Assembly (NCBI RefSeq): GCF_004010195.1
Contig: NC_057720.1
Coordinates: forward strand, 6,562,491 to 6,626,490
Origin: Chiloscyllium plagiosum
Lineage: Eukaryota
Direction of reading: 5' to 3'
Length of the DNA stretch: 64,000 bases
Shown here: positions 47,180 to 60,510 of the stretch, piece after piece
Layout of the letters: each line of letters begins with the position of its first letter
Position numbering within the stretch: position 1 is the first letter of the stretch
Notes under the pieces: generated by a model
Told to the model about the DNA's origin: nothing
The model's input: the letters and a program-made list of their open reading frames with translations, nothing else
Database searches by the model: none
Position numbers and translations under genes: made by a program

Positions 47180-47697
47180 GGGCAACTTAGTTAGGTCACA
47201 TTGTGCGTAGTTCTGTTCACCACACGACAGGAAGGATATGGTGGCTCTGGACATGGTACAGAAGAGGCTTACCAGGATTGGAGCATATAGCTATAAGCAG
47301 AGGTTGGACAATCTTGGATTGCTTTCACTACAGCATCAGAGGCTGATGGGCGAATGATAGAGGCATATCAAATTATGAGAGGTGTGGATATATGGAGACT
47401 CAGTGGAAATGTCAAATACTAAGGAGCAGAGGCTTAAAGTGAGACGGGGAAAGTTTGAAGGAGATGTTGGGGGAGAGTTTTTTACTCGGAGGGTGGTAGG
47501 TGCCTGGAATGTGCTGCCAGAGGAGGTGGTGAAAACAGATAGGATTGTAACATGTCAGAGGCATTTAGACAGACATTTAGGTAGAGGGATATGGACCATG
47601 TGTGGGCAGATGGGATTATCTTAGAAAGGTATCATGGATGACACAGACATGGTGAGCTGACGGGCCTGTTTCCATGCTGTGGTGTTCTACACTCTAT
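47180..47697 (+). mobile_element. CR1 3' fragment
   Basis: FFTRRVVGAWNVLPEEVV..RHLDRH motif and tail. Confidence 0.8.
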
Positions 47698-48177
47698 GCC
47701 ATTAAGAGGTGACCAGCTCCCAGTCCTTCACTGGGGTGCACTGGATTGGAAGGTCCTACCTGCTCAGTGCTGCTTTTGTTCAGAATTATTACTGGAAGGG
47801 GGGGGGGAAGAGGAGTTGACTGCTTTGGGAAATGCAGCCATCCCCATCTCGGAGTGACCCAGAGATGGATGATCACGGGACAGATTTTGTAGGATGGGGG
47901 TCCTGAGGGAGGAAGAAGGGTCAACAAAAGCAGAGGGCAGTCCACAGACCACCCCCCACTTCCCAATGCCTTACCCCCCAGATACTGGGTGCCCTTGAAT
48001 GAGAGACTACAAGACTTGCAGAAGATTACACAAAGTCACTCTCTGTGCATTGAAAATGGATAATCAGTCACTGATACCAATAGCAGCTGATATGGTCTCT
48101 ATGTGGGTGTCAATTGCCCTCAGCTGGCTGAGGGGGCAGGAATTCACATGGTACCACCCCATCACCTGCAACCCTGT

Positions 48178-48677
48178 NNNNNNNNNNNNNNNNNNNNNNN
48201 NNNNNNNNNNNNNNNNNNNNNNNNNNNNNNNNNNNNNNNNNNNNNNNNNNNNNNNNNNNNNNNNNNNNNNNNNNNNNNNNNNNNNNNNNNNNNNNNNNNN
48301 NNNNNNNNNNNNNNNNNNNNNNNNNNNNNNNNNNNNNNNNNNNNNNNNNNNNNNNNNNNNNNNNNNNNNNNNNNNNNNNNNNNNNNNNNNNNNNNNNNNN
48401 NNNNNNNNNNNNNNNNNNNNNNNNNNNNNNNNNNNNNNNNNNNNNNNNNNNNNNNNNNNNNNNNNNNNNNNNNNNNNNNNNNNNNNNNNNNNNNNNNNNN
48501 NNNNNNNNNNNNNNNNNNNNNNNNNNNNNNNNNNNNNNNNNNNNNNNNNNNNNNNNNNNNNNNNNNNNNNNNNNNNNNNNNNNNNNNNNNNNNNNNNNNN
48601 NNNNNNNNNNNNNNNNNNNNNNNNNNNNNNNNNNNNNNNNNNNNNNNNNNNNNNNNNNNNNNNNNNNNNNNNNNNNN
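48178..48677. other. Assembly gap (500 N)
   Basis: Run of N. Confidence 1.
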
Positions 48678-50375
48678 AAGACACAAGTAATCTCCCAGAG
48701 GTAACAGTGGCTGAAGGACCTGAACTGAAGGGAATTTATATTTGCCAGGAATTGGTGTTGGAGAGACTGTTAGGTCTGAAGATTGATAAGTTCCCGGGGC
48801 CTGATGGTCTACATCCCAGGGTACTGAAGGAGGTGGCTCCAGAAATCGTGGATGCATTGATGATTATTTTCCAGAGTTCGATAGATTCGGGATCAGTTCC
48901 TGCAGATTGGAGGGTGGCTAATGTTGTACCACTTTTTAAGAAAGGTGAGAGAGAAAGCAGGAAATTATAGACCAGTTAGTCTGACCTCAGTGGTGGGAAA
49001 GATGCTGGAGTCTATTATAAAGGATGAAATTATGACACATCTGGATAGCAGTAAAAGGATAGGTCAGAGTCAGCGTGGATTTATGAAGGGGAAATCATGC
49101 TTGACTAATCTTCTGGAATGTTTTGAGGATGTAACTCTGAAGATGGATGAGGAAGATCCAGTAGATGTAGTGTACCTGGACTTTCAGAAAGCTTTTGATA
49201 AAGTCCCACATAGGAGGTTAGTGAGCAAAGTTACGGCGTATGGTATTGGGGGCAAAGTACTAACTTGGATTGAAAGTTGTTTGGCTGACAGGAAACAAAG
49301 AGTAGTGATAAACAGCTCCATTTCGGAATGGCAGGCAGTGACCAGTGGGGTACCGCAGGGATCAGTGCTGGGACCGTAGCTTTTTACAACATATATTAAT
49401 GATATAGAAGATGGTATTAGTAATAACATTAGCAAATTTGCTAATGATACTAAGCTGGGTGGCAGGGTGAAATGTGATGAGGATGTTAGGAGATTACAGG
49501 GTGACCTGGACAGGTTAGGTGAGTGGTCAGATGCATGGCAGATGCAGTTTAATCTGGATAAATGTATGGTTGTCCACTTTGGTGGCAAGAACAGGAAGGC
49601 AGATTATTACCTAAATGGAATCAATTTAGGTAAAGGGACAGTACAGAGAGATCTGGGTGTTCTTGTACACCAGTCAATGAAAGTAAGCATGCAGGTACAG
49701 CAGGTAGTGAAGAAAGCTAATAGCATGCTGGCCTTCATAACAAGAGGGATTGAGTGTAGAAGCAAAGAGGTTCTTCTGCAGCTGTACAGAGCCCTGGTGA
49801 GACCACACCTGGAGTATTGTGTGCAGTTCTGGTCTCCAAATTTGAGGAAAGACATTCTGGCTATTGAGGGAGTGCAGCGTAGGTTCACGAGGTCAATTCC
49901 TGGAATGGCGGGACCACCTTACGTTGAAAGACTGAAGCAACTGGGCTTGTGTACCCTTGAGTTTAGAAGGCTGAGAGGGGATCTGATTGAGACATATAAG
50001 ATTATTAAAGGATTGGACACTCTGGAGGCAGGAAACATGTGTCCACTGATGGGTGAGTGCTGAACCAGAGGACACAGCTTAAAAATATGATGTAGACCAT
50101 TTAGGACAGAGATGAGGAGAAACTTCTTCACCCAGAGAGTGGTGCCTGGGTGGAATGCTCTGCCCCAGAGGGCAGTGGAGGCCCAGTCTCTGGATTCATT
50201 TAAGAAAGAGTTGGATAGAGCTCTCAAGGATAGTGGAATCAAGGGTTATGGAGATAAGGCAGGAAGAGGATACTGATTAGGAATGATCAGCCATGATCAT
50301 ATTGAATGGTGGTGCAGGCTCGAAGGGCAGAATCGCCTACTCCTGCACCTATTGTCTATTGTCTATTGTCTATTG
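48678..50375 (+). mobile_element. CR1 LINE (RT to 3' end), inactivated
   Basis: PGPDGLHPRVLKE, NYRPVSLTS, LDFQKAFDKVPH, GVPQGSVLGP*, KFAND, LVRPHLEYCVQFWSP; (ATTGTCT)n tail. Confidence 0.93.
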
Positions 50376-50859
50376 CATGAGGTGATCTCCATGGAATTGT
50401 GCTATTGGCAACGTGGTAAACTTGAAGGGCTGAATGGCCTCCTCTTGCTCCCATTTCTTATGTTTGGAGGGTGCAGATTTGAGATTATGGTCAAAAATAG
50501 CAGTAACAACATGAAAGAATAATGTCTTTCTGCAGCAAGTTTTCAGGCTCCCTCATGCCCCTCTGCTCTCGAAACCTCTGTTCTGAAAACTCTCGGTCTT
50601 TAATTCCTCAGCGAATTGCACTGCCATTATGCGCATTACCCAAGAACTACCTGCAACACCATCATAGAGGTGAAGGAGGCCATTTGGCCCATCGTACCTG
50701 CATTGGCTTGTTAAATGAGCATGCTTACCTTGTGTTCATCTTCTGCTTGCTCCCCCATATCCTCTCACCTTATTGCTTTATAGAAATGGCAAGCAACTAG
50801 AAGATCAGTACCATTCTTAAGGGCAGAGAAAAGGTACTCTGTGAGGAAATCTCCCTTGG

Positions 50860-51208
50860 CCAGCACGGTGGCTCAGTGGTTAGCACTGCTGCCTCACAGC
50901 GCCAGGGACCCGGCTTCGATTCCAGCCTTGGGAGACTGTCTGTGTGGGTTTTGCCCATTCTCCTCGTATCTGCGTGGGTTTTTCTCCAGGTGCTCTGGTT
51001 TCCTCCCACACTCAAAAGATGTGCAGCTTAACTGAATTGGCCATGCTAAATTGCCCATAGTGTTCAGGGATGTGTAGATTAGGTGTATTAGTCAGGGGGA
51101 AATATTGGAGAATAAGATAGGGGAATGAGTCTGGGTGGGTCACTCTTCAGTGGGTTGATGTAGACGTGTTGGGCCGAAGGGCCTATTTCTACACTGTTGG
51201 GATTCTAT
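50860..51208 (+). mobile_element. HE1/V-SINE, full length
   Basis: GCACGGTGGCTCAGTGGTTAGCACTGCTGCCTCACAGCGCCAGGGACC head, V-domain and tail. Confidence 0.92.
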
Positions 51209-51289
51209 AAATTTACATCAGGCCTCAGCAATGTAAAGGAGACCGTATTGTGAGCTGCAAATGCAGCAGACACAGATCTAAAGAAGGAC

Positions 51290-52037
51290 CCACTACTTTA
51301 CCTAGACAGTGTGTTTGGACGGTGAGGGAGGAAGTGAATGGATAAGTATTGCATCTTCTGCAACTGCATGGAAAGGTAACAGTGCGGAATGAGGAAGCAT
51401 TAGGAATGATGGGGTGTCACGGAGGGAAAGGTTCCTGCCGATAGTGGAGGGTGGGGGAAGATGTGTTTGGTAGTGGCATCTCACAAGAGGTGGCGGAAAT
51501 GGCAGAGGTAGATCCTTTGAATGCAGAGACTGGAAATTCTGCAGAATGAAGGTAAAGGGAACCTGGGAAGGAAGAGAAAAGGTGGGGGGAGAATATGGCT
51601 GATGGGCCTGTTCACCTCAGCGGAGCATAAAGGATGTAATGTTGGAGGCACTGCGGGGGGGAAGGAGCCATCATCAGAACAGATACAACAGAGACAAGGG
51701 AACTGGGGAAATGGAATCGTTCCAGGAAGCAGGGTGTTGTTGAGGTGACTATGGGACCAGGGGATTGTAATGGATATCTGTGAACAGCCTCTTCCCAGAA
51801 ATGGGAACAAAGAAGTCAAGGAATGGAAGGGAAGAGTCAGTGATGAACCAGGTGAGGGGGACAGAGGATGGAAACTTTTCCAATTCTGGAGAAGAGCAGG
51901 AGGTAGCACCAATGACATAATTGACTTATCAGAGAAAGAGTGGTGAGTGGTGGTCCAAATAAGATTAAAACAAGGAATGTTCCACACATTCTAAGAAGAG
52001 ATGGGTGCAGCTAAGACCCCGGCAGGTGCCCATAGCC
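51290..52037 (-). mobile_element. Old Penelope-like element internal fragment (RT motif to linker)
   Basis: Minus translation AMGTCRGLSCTHLFLECVEHSLF (degenerate PLE RT AMGT..GPSYACLF) and IQRIYLCHFRHL. Confidence 0.65.
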
Positions 52038-53149
52038 CCAAAAATCCCAAAACCACCCTGTAAATTCACTCACAGGTGTGACCAATCAGAGAAAAGTGGC
52101 TTCCATAAACAGAATTGATGAGAATGGTGAGAAGGTAAGCCTCCAATCACAGGCTGGTTTTCTCCTGTGCTCACAGCTGATAGGCCCATTATGAACCTAT
52201 CAGCAACCAGTATTCAGAGAACCAGTCTGCAATTGGAGCAATGGGGTGATTGTCAGCAAGGCCCAGGGAGGCCGGGGCAAGGGACAGACATTGGACATGA
52301 GGCCACCAGGCAGCGCAGGGAGGTCAGTGAGACCAGGGAGGGTCATGTGGGCACCAACACTGGGCATAGGGATTTTAGTTTTAATTAATTCATGGAACAT
52401 CACTGGCTGGGCCAGCATTTATTGCCTATCCCTAGTTGCCGCGGCGAAGGTGGTGGTGGCCAAGTTCCTGGGGACTGGGATAGGGGTAAGTGAGATTATA
52501 AGAGAGGAGCTATGGGGCAGGCACTTTCCCTGAGTGTTGTGGCTTTGAATTTACTGGGATTTTTGAGACATTCGCACATTATTCTAATTCTCCTGCTTTG
52601 TGAGTCTAAATCCTCCATATGTTAACACAAATGTAGAAGGTCTTGATGCTAAGTGATGGCAAGACCTCAAAGTAATTAGTGAAACTGAAAAAGGAGTCTC
52701 TGAAAACCAAAAAAGAAGCCCTTGAAAATCAAAGAAGTTGCTTCCAAGATGTCTGAATATGGAGGTGCCGGTGTTGGATTGGGGTGGACAATGTCAAAAA
52801 TAATGCAGCACTGGGTTATAGTAGGGCCCATCGATAGGAGAGGATATTTTAAACCCTGTGATACAGTCAGTGAGCTCCTGCCTTTGTCCTCTTGTTTGAT
52901 TAATGGTCAGCTTTCTGCCTCCATACTCTCAATCTGTGAGGGTCACAGAGCTTGAGCTGCTGTAATCAACAAAACCTCCTGCACAGATGGTTATTCTGGG
53001 AAGCAGTCTGCAGCTTCCACGTAGCCTGGGATATGCACTCAAAAAGTCGGAGGTTCCTCCACACACTTCTGTCCTGACTACTTAAAATACAAAAGCTAAA
53101 TTCACGGCGTACTCACTTCCCTTCTGTTGATGATTGGTGAACATAAGAG

Positions 53150-53312
53150 ATAGTGAAAACTGCAGATGTTGGATAGTCAGTGAGGATAAAGAGTTGGAGA
53201 AAACACAACAGGCCAAGCAGCATCAGAGGAGAAGGGGAGTCAACATTTCAGGTCGTAACCTTTCATCAGGACTGAAACATCTACTCCCCTTCTCCTCTGA
53301 TGCTGCTTGACT
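53150..53312. mobile_element. Old palindromic PLE-derived insertion
   Basis: CAAGCAGCATCAGAGGAGAAGGGGAGT ... ACTCCCCTTCTCCTCTGATGCTGCTTG inverted arms. Confidence 0.7.
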
Positions 53313-53889
53313 GACATGAGAATACAGGAAAACTGAATGTTTTACTTAATCCTTGAAAAAATGTTTTAATTTCCCAGCTCCTAACTTTTAAGATAGATAA
53401 ACACAGCTACAATGCAATAGCAGCCAAAGTAAATGTTTTGCCAATTACTGAAATTAAATAGAACAGATTCACTTTTCAACCACTGAATGTCTCTTGAAAC
53501 TTGCAGTTCTTTAACCACTAAAAACAACTTTTAATTCCTGTAATGTAACTATTTTATTTATTATCTTTTTCATTTTCCAGTAAACTTTAGATTGCTAAAT
53601 GACCTCAGCACTTGCCTGCCTCCCAGATGCTTGTTAAGTCCCTACTTGAGATACTACAGTGAGTTTGTGCTGGAATGGGATACATTATAAACATTGAGTA
53701 TTGAATAAACATAAAGTATTGTGTAGTATTAAGTTAATGTTGTTGCTATTGAGCATGGATCAGGCATTGTATTATAATAGTTGGAGCAAAGCTTGGTTAA
53801 GTGAACAATAGAGTTAGTCTGCAGTGCAGTGTAGTATGTAAATCCCAATGTATTTTGTAACCAGTGAGATACTTTTGAAATGTAGCTGA

Positions 53890-54862
53890 TTTTATTTTAT
53901 TTTGTTTATTATTGGCACATGTACCAAGATACGGTAAAAAGCATTGTTTTGCGTGTTAGCTAGACAAATCATACCCTACCTAATTACATCAGGGTAATAG
54001 AACAGAATGGAGGAGAAAGTGAGGTCTGCAGATGCTGGAGATCAGAGCTGAAAATGTGTTGCTGGAACAGCGCAGCAGGTCAGGCAGCATCCAGGGAACA
54101 GGAGAATCGACGTTTTGGGCATAAGCCCTTCTTCAGGAATCTGTAATAGAACAGAATGCAGAATATCCTGTCACAGCTACAGAGAAGGTACAGAGAAAGC
54201 TCAACTCTAATATATGAGAGGTCCTTTCTTGAGTCTGATAACAGCAGGGAAGAAGCTGTTTTTGAACCTGTTGGTACGTGTTTACAAATTTTTGTATCTT
54301 CTTTTATATCTTCTGTCCAATGGAAGAGGGTGGGAGACAGTATAAGAGGGGTGGGATGGGTCTTTGATTATGTTAGCTGCTTTCCTGAGGCCGGGGGAAG
54401 TATAAATGGAGTCAATGGAGGGAAGGCTGGTTTTCGTGATGGACTGGACTCTCAGTAATCTCTAATCAAAAGCAAAAGAACTGCAGATACTGGAAATCAG
54501 AAACAAGAAAAGGAATTGCTGGAAAAGCTCAGCAGGTCTGGCAGCATCTGTGGAGAGAAATCAGAGTTAACGTTTTGGGTCAAATGACCTTTTGTCAGTT
54601 TCTGAGGAAGGGTCACTTGTCCCAAAACATTAACTCTGATTTCTCTCCACAGATGCTGCAAGACCTGCTGAGTTTTTCCAGCAATTCCTTTTATTTTGTG
54701 TGTCTGCAATCTCTCGCATTCTTGGACAGAGTAGTTGCCATACAAGCTGTGATGGACCCACATTAGATGCTTTCTATAGTGCATCTATACGCATTGGTAA
54801 GAGTCATTGTGGACATGCCAAATTTCCTTAGCCTTCAGAGGAAGGAGAGGCGTGATTTGCTT
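53890..54862 (-). mobile_element. Rex1/Babar LINE 3' part with two PLE inserts (54010-54142; palindrome 54465-54697)
   Basis: Homologous to 30388-31262; 16-bp TSD GTAATAGAACAGAATG at 53994-54009 and 54143-54158. Confidence 0.82.
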
Positions 54863-54874
54863 TCTAATATTTCT

Positions 54875-55130
54875 GTGATGTTTACTGAGGGATAAATAAG
54901 GTCCAGTGGCCCAGGACATGTTCTCTAGCTCTTCTTTGAGCGAGTCTTGAGGGATAACTCACAACTGCCTGAGAAGACAAGCCAAGCCTCATCCTAATGT
55001 CACTATTTGAAAGACAGCAGCTCTGACAGTGTCGCACTCAGTGAGCTGTGCACTGTAGGGTCAGCCTTCATTGGTGTAGATATGGGAAAATGAACCCACA
55101 ATTTTCTAACTCATGAACAATCATGCTGCT
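54875..55130 (-). mobile_element. DeuSINE (SacSINE1/AmnSINE-like) relic
   Basis: GAAAGACAGCAGCTCTGACAGTGTCGCACTC..TGCACTG..GTCAGCCT and TGAGGGATAAATA..CCAGGACA..GCTCTTCTT match the Deu domain as I recall it. Confidence 0.6.
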
Positions 55131-55979
55131 GTCATGTCAACCATTTCTGTAATGAATTCCAAAGTGCCTAAAGTGGCCATTATCCAAATTTGATGCAATC
55201 AATTATCCTGGAAGTATGTGATATTGGATTCAATTTTCTTTGATTCATTTTAATTCCTTCCTTGCACATTTGCAGTGCAGAGATTATTAAAAATTATCAT
55301 GCATTTATTGCTACATCCCATAAAAAGGTTTTACAGCTTGTGGATATAATGGACTTCATTAAGATATTATCTGATTGACATTATGTACAAAACTGTACCC
55401 TACAAGATTTGTAAACATATATTCTTACTAATTTGTTTGCATCATTAGAACGGTGTTTTTAATTAAATGTGTCAAGATTTAACAGCAATTTGACTGGATG
55501 TTGGATCCTTCAACACATTAAATGTCCCAAGCTCCGCAGTAGAGTCAAAACAGCCTCAAGTTCTAGAACAGAAGATGCAGTGTAGAATTAGTGGAGTTAA
55601 AAGTTGACAAGAGTAAGGGTAAGGCTGTTAGAAGTTGCATGAATGTTGTGTGTTTCTGCTGTCAAATTTAGAAGCATTGCAATCTGACCTGTCCCCATTA
55701 AAGATTATTTTCAATGATGTTGCAATGAATAAACAGATCAAAAAACTATTCAAAGCAAACTTGCTTTGACCCAACTCCTATGTATTCAAATGTATTCCTA
55801 ATTCAGAATACGTTCAATAATCTTTGTCAAATCTATTATTGGCTTTTTAAATTTCATTGCTGTAGATGTCACTATTGAATTTATTTTTTAAAAAAACATC
55901 GTTCATTCGATTTAGCATCACTGGCTAGGCCATATTTATTGTCCAGAGGCAATTGGTGTGGGCAAGATGTGAAACAGAC

Positions 55980-56095
55980 TGATGTTGGACTGGGGTCAAA
56001 GTTGAAATTCACATAGCACGAGGTTACAGTCCATCAGGTTTATTTGGAAGTACTAGCTTTCGGAGCACTGCAGTTACCTGATGAAAGAGCAGTCA
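55980..56095 (-). mobile_element. PLE family 4 pLTR, partly palindromic
   Basis: Reverse complement GCTCCGAAAGCTAG..AAATAAACCTG; plus-strand CTGATGAAAGAGC; related copies at 39687 and ~52760-52825. Confidence 0.6.
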
Positions 56096-56614
56096 GATAA
56101 CGTCAGTTAAGGACCGCAACTTCCTTCCCTGAAGGTCAACATAGTTGCATGTGTTGCATATTGTTAAATGTTGAATGATCTCTGTTTCAATTGTGAATCC
56201 TACATTCTACAGCCTCACCATCCTTCATATAAAAATTCTTCTCCTACTCTCTCCCCAAAGGATGTTAAATCCTAGACGCATGTGAAGGAGTGTAGGATCA
56301 GTAGCAATGGTATATCTCCATAATTCAATTCCAAGATGACTAAAATGCACCTTAACCCCATTTACCCATTTAGCCTGATGTATGCCAGAAGTGAGGGGTG
56401 GGTGAGTGGGGAGTGGGGGGTAGGTGAGAGAATAATGGTACTGTCACATGTACAGTAATCAGAGCTCCAAGCAATGCCCAGGTGATCTGGATTCAAATCT
56501 TATCATTGCTAATTTTGAATTCAGTAAAATATTTTTTTAAAAAAGCTATTCACATAGCAACCACCATTGGTTGGTTCAGTAATCTCCTTCAGGAATTCTG
56601 CCATTCTTACATGG

Positions 56615-57365
56615 TCATAGAATCATAGAGATGTGCAGCACGGAAGCAGACCCTTCAGTCCAATTTGCCCATCCAGACCAGATTTCCTCAATTAATCTAG
56701 TCCCATTTGCCAGTATTTGGCCCATATCCCTCTAAACCTTTGCTATTCATATACCCATTAAGATGCCTCTTAAATGTCATAATTGTACCAGCCTCCACCA
56801 CATCCTCTGGCAGCTCATTCCATACACATACAACCCTTTGTGTGAAAAAAGTTGCCCCGTAGGTCCCTTTTAAACTTTTCCCCTCTCACCCGAAACCTAT
56901 GCCCTCTAGTTCTGGACTCCCCTACCCCAGGGAAAAGACCTTGTCTATTCATCCTATCCATGCTCCTCATGATTTTATAAACCTCTATAAGAACATAGAA
57001 CATAGAACATTACAGCGCAGTACAGGCCCTTCAGCCCTCGATGTTGCGCCGCCCTGTCATACTAATCTGAAGCCCATCCCATCTACACTATTCCAAGTAT
57101 GTCTATATGCCTGTCCAATGACGACTTAAATGCACTTAAACTTGGCCAATCTACTACCGTTGCAGGCAAAGCATTCCATACCCTTACTACTCTCTGCCTC
57201 AACCTCCGACGTTCCAGGGAAAACTGCCCCAGCCTGTTCAGCCTCACCCGATAGCTGAAAACTCCAACCCTGGCAACATCCTTGTAAATCTTTTTGGAAC
57301 CCTCTCAAGTTTCACAACATCTTTCCTTAAAGCAGGGAGACCAGAACTGAATGCAGTCTGGCCTA
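56615..57365 (-). mobile_element. CR1 3' end with a second CR1 tail nested (56990-57195)
   Basis: (AGAACAT)n tail of the same family as 34069-37836, inside another CR1. Confidence 0.82.
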
Positions 57366-57699
57366 AACGGTCAGAATTTCCCTTTGGGGAATAAGCAATA
57401 AATGCTATGCTGGCCAGCAATGCCACCACTCAATGAGTCTCCATAATGGATACTCGAATGTTGCCTTAACATCCTCAGCCTTTTACGAAAGGGAGTTTCA
57501 AGTAGAAAAAAATCAGACCAACCATGATCTAATTGAATGATGGAGTGGGCTTGAAGGTCAAATGGACGTATTCTTACCATTTCGTGGGAAAGTGCTTCCT
57601 GATGTTTCTGAATGAAAACAGAAACTGCTGGGAAAGCTCAGCAGGTCTGGCTGCATCTGTGGAGAGAAAGACTGTGGTGCTGAAAAAGCACAACTGATC

Positions 57700-57976
57700 G
57701 GTTACTGAATGTAGTGCTGAGTCCATGTGGGATCAGTCAATTCCATAAGCAGGTACCGAGGAAGGAGATATGGCTGTGGTAGCGAGTCTGCTTCAGGATA
57801 TGACTGAAGATCTTCAGGGTGAAGGAGGCGACCTGGGGGTGCAGTGAGAGACAGAGACTCACTGAGATCCTTGTAGAGAGAGGAGGAGAAATTCTTCAAG
57901 GTAGGCATCCTTGGAAGAAGCTTCACAGCAAGGTTATAATCAACAAGGAGAAAGTGAGGACTGCAGATGCTGGAGA
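57700..57976 (-). mobile_element. PLE 5' junction: pLTR end followed by the ORF N-terminus
   Basis: Minus strand reads pLTR end CAGTCCTCACTTTCTCC, then MPTLKNFSSSLYKDLSESLS; it lies between the two arms (57612-57672 and 58793-58895) of a family 3 palindrome. Confidence 0.6.
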
Positions 57977-58029
57977 GTGTGGTGTTGGAAATGGTGACCT
58001 GCTGTGCCCACCTGCTGGGTCACTGGCCC

Positions 58030-58790
58030 ACCTGAATGGCTGTAAATTGAGAGAGAGGAGTACGCAGCGGCTCCTGGGTATCCTTGTGCACCAGTCGCTG
58101 AAGGTAAGCATGCAGGGGCAGCAGGCGGGAACGAAGGTAAATGGTATGTTGGCCTTCATTGGGAGAGGCTTCGAGTACAGGAGCAGGGGTGTGTTGTTGC
58201 AGCTATACAGGACTTTGGTGAGGCCACACTGAGAATATTGTGTGCAGATTTGGTCTCCTTTTCTGAGGAAGGATACCCTTGCTCTTGAGGGAGTGCAGTG
58301 AAGGTTTCCCAGGCTGTTCCCAGGGATGGTGGGACTGATGTATGAGGAGAGATTGACTCGGTTAGAATTGTTTTCACTGGAGTTCAGATGAATGGGGTGG
58401 GGGTGTGGGGATCTTAAAGATACTTATAAAATTCTAACAGGACTAGACAGGGTAGATGCAGGGAGGATGTTTCTGATGGTGGGTGTGTCCAGAGCCGTGG
58501 GTCACAGTCTGAGGATTTGGGGTGGATCATTTCGGACGGAGATGAGGAGACATTTCTTCACCCGCTGGGTGGGGAGCCTGTGGACTTCATTACCACAGGA
58601 AGTAGTTGATGCCAAAACATTGAATATATTCAAGAGGCGGCTGGATATAGCATTTGGGGTGAATGGGGTCAAAGGTTATGGGGAGGAAGCAGGATTAGGC
58701 TACTGAGTTGGATGATCAGCCATGATCGTGATGAATGGCGGAGCAGGCTTGAGGTGCTGAGAGGCCTCCTCCTGCTCCTATCTTTCTATG
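58030..58790 (+). mobile_element. CR1 fragment to 3' end
   Basis: LGILVHQSLKVSMQ, LVRPH, RRHFFTRWVGSLWTSLP. Confidence 0.88.
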
Positions 58791-59814
58791 AAAGGTTAAC
58801 TCTTGTTTCTCTTCACAGATGTTGCCAAACCTGCTGAGCTTTTCCAGCAGTTTCTGTTTTTGTTGCCAATTTACAGCATCTGCAGTTGTTTTGGTATTTG
58901 TTTCTGAATCACCCAATTCTAATATTTATAATTGGGTCCCATCACTTTTAATGCCCCCCATTGGAGGGTAAAGTAGTAAAAACAAAATCAAATCACTCAC
59001 TTCACTGGAGTTGCAGAAAACTATTTAAGCACAGTGGTTGCCATGTTTTCCTACATAATATCAGTCACTTGACTTCAAAGAGTCACTTGTGTGATGTACT
59101 TTGAACTATTTCAATAAAGAGATGCTGTCTGAATTGAAATATCTTTGCAGGATGAATTATTAAAAATTAATTTCATGATGACCTAGTTACACTTCTCATT
59201 TAAATTCCCTTTTTTAAGGAAATGTGGATGTTCAGTTTATTTTCCTACAGACCCTCGATCAGTAAGCACTGCAGGTTTCTTTAAAATGCTTTTGAAACCT
59301 TGTTTGTTGTGGGATGTATCACTCAGATATACTCAATCTTAATTGCTCAAACTGTGAAATTATTTTTAGGCATAGTCGTTGGGGCTGTTAAATCACCGTT
59401 CAACAAATTATTCTCTTTTGAAATATATAAGATATAATAAGATAATATATTCAATAAAACCAAGATGCAACATTAATTTTAGACCTCAACTTGAAAACCT
59501 GATGGTGATTTTTTTGTTTTAGACAAAACTTACTAATGCTATTTTTCAAGGTTATCTCAAGTATTTATTAACTTTAATTTATATAATTCCAGAATTTTAT
59601 ATATCTTGGGAAGTACAGAAATGTGAGCACATAAGATGGAGTAAAATTGTGCTTGAATTTTGCTCTTTAACCACACCAGGGCCATTTGGTGTAGTCACTG
59701 CTGGCAATACAGCTGCCAAGTTAATACGCGGTGACCCTACATAAGCAACTGTAACATAAAAGGTCAAATAATGAGCTTTTTTTCATTTTTTTAAAATAAT
59801 GTGTTTTATTTTCC

Positions 59815-60510
59815 CATTTGCGTGATTTAAGTGTCATTGGCTAGGCCTACATTTATTACCCATCCCTAATTGCCTAGAGTTAAGAGTAAATCCATTGTTG
59901 TGGAATCATATGTCGGCCAGACCATGTAAGGATGGTAGATTTCCTTCCCCAAAGGGCTGTAGTGAACCAGATTGGTTTTTTTTTCACAATAGTTGATAGT
60001 GGTTACATGATTGTCATTGAAACATAAAAAAAGGAGCAAGTTTAGGCCATTCAGTCCTTCAAGCCTGCTCTCCCATTCAGTATGATCATACTTTCTTCTC
60101 ATACCTTTGAATGCCTTTAGTCCTTAGAACTATATTGATCTTCTCTTTGAAAACAATCAAAGCTTTGGCATCAACTGCTTTCCGTGGCAGATTATTCCAC
60201 AATCTCCCCACTCTTTGAGTGAAGACACTTTTCCTCATCTCAGTCCTAGCTGGCCTCCCCCATATCCTTAGACGGTGACCCCCACCCCTGACCTGGACTC
60301 CCCAGATTTTGGGAATATCCTTCCTTATACTTACTTTGTCCTGTCAGAATTTTATAAGTTTAAATTCCTATGAGTTCCTTCTAATATTGACTAGCTTTTT
60401 AATTCAAATGTTCAGCACCCGCCATAGTGGGAATTAAATCTGTGCCCCCACAGCATTAACCTGGGAGATCCAAAACACCAGCCCAGAGAGATGGCCACTA
60501 CACCACCACC
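59815..60510 (-). mobile_element. Family B SINE interrupted by an old CR1 3' end (60020-60380)
   Basis: Family B text on both sides of the CR1 tail. Confidence 0.68.

Noticed and set aside
47999..48970. 323-aa and neighbouring ORFs
   Set aside because: Length is inflated by the 500-N gap; the real part is CR1 RT.
49430..49455. Same FADD-to-FAND change in two CR1 copies (~36932 and ~49437) as a functional variant
   Set aside because: The copies are from different subfamilies with different codons and are otherwise decayed. Independent G-to-A transitions are the simpler explanation, and the copy at ~40960 retains FADD.
50860..50930. tRNA genes at HE1 and other SINE heads
   Set aside because: A and B boxes run into the V-domain and LINE-like tails, and no complete cloverleaf is evident; these are SINEs.
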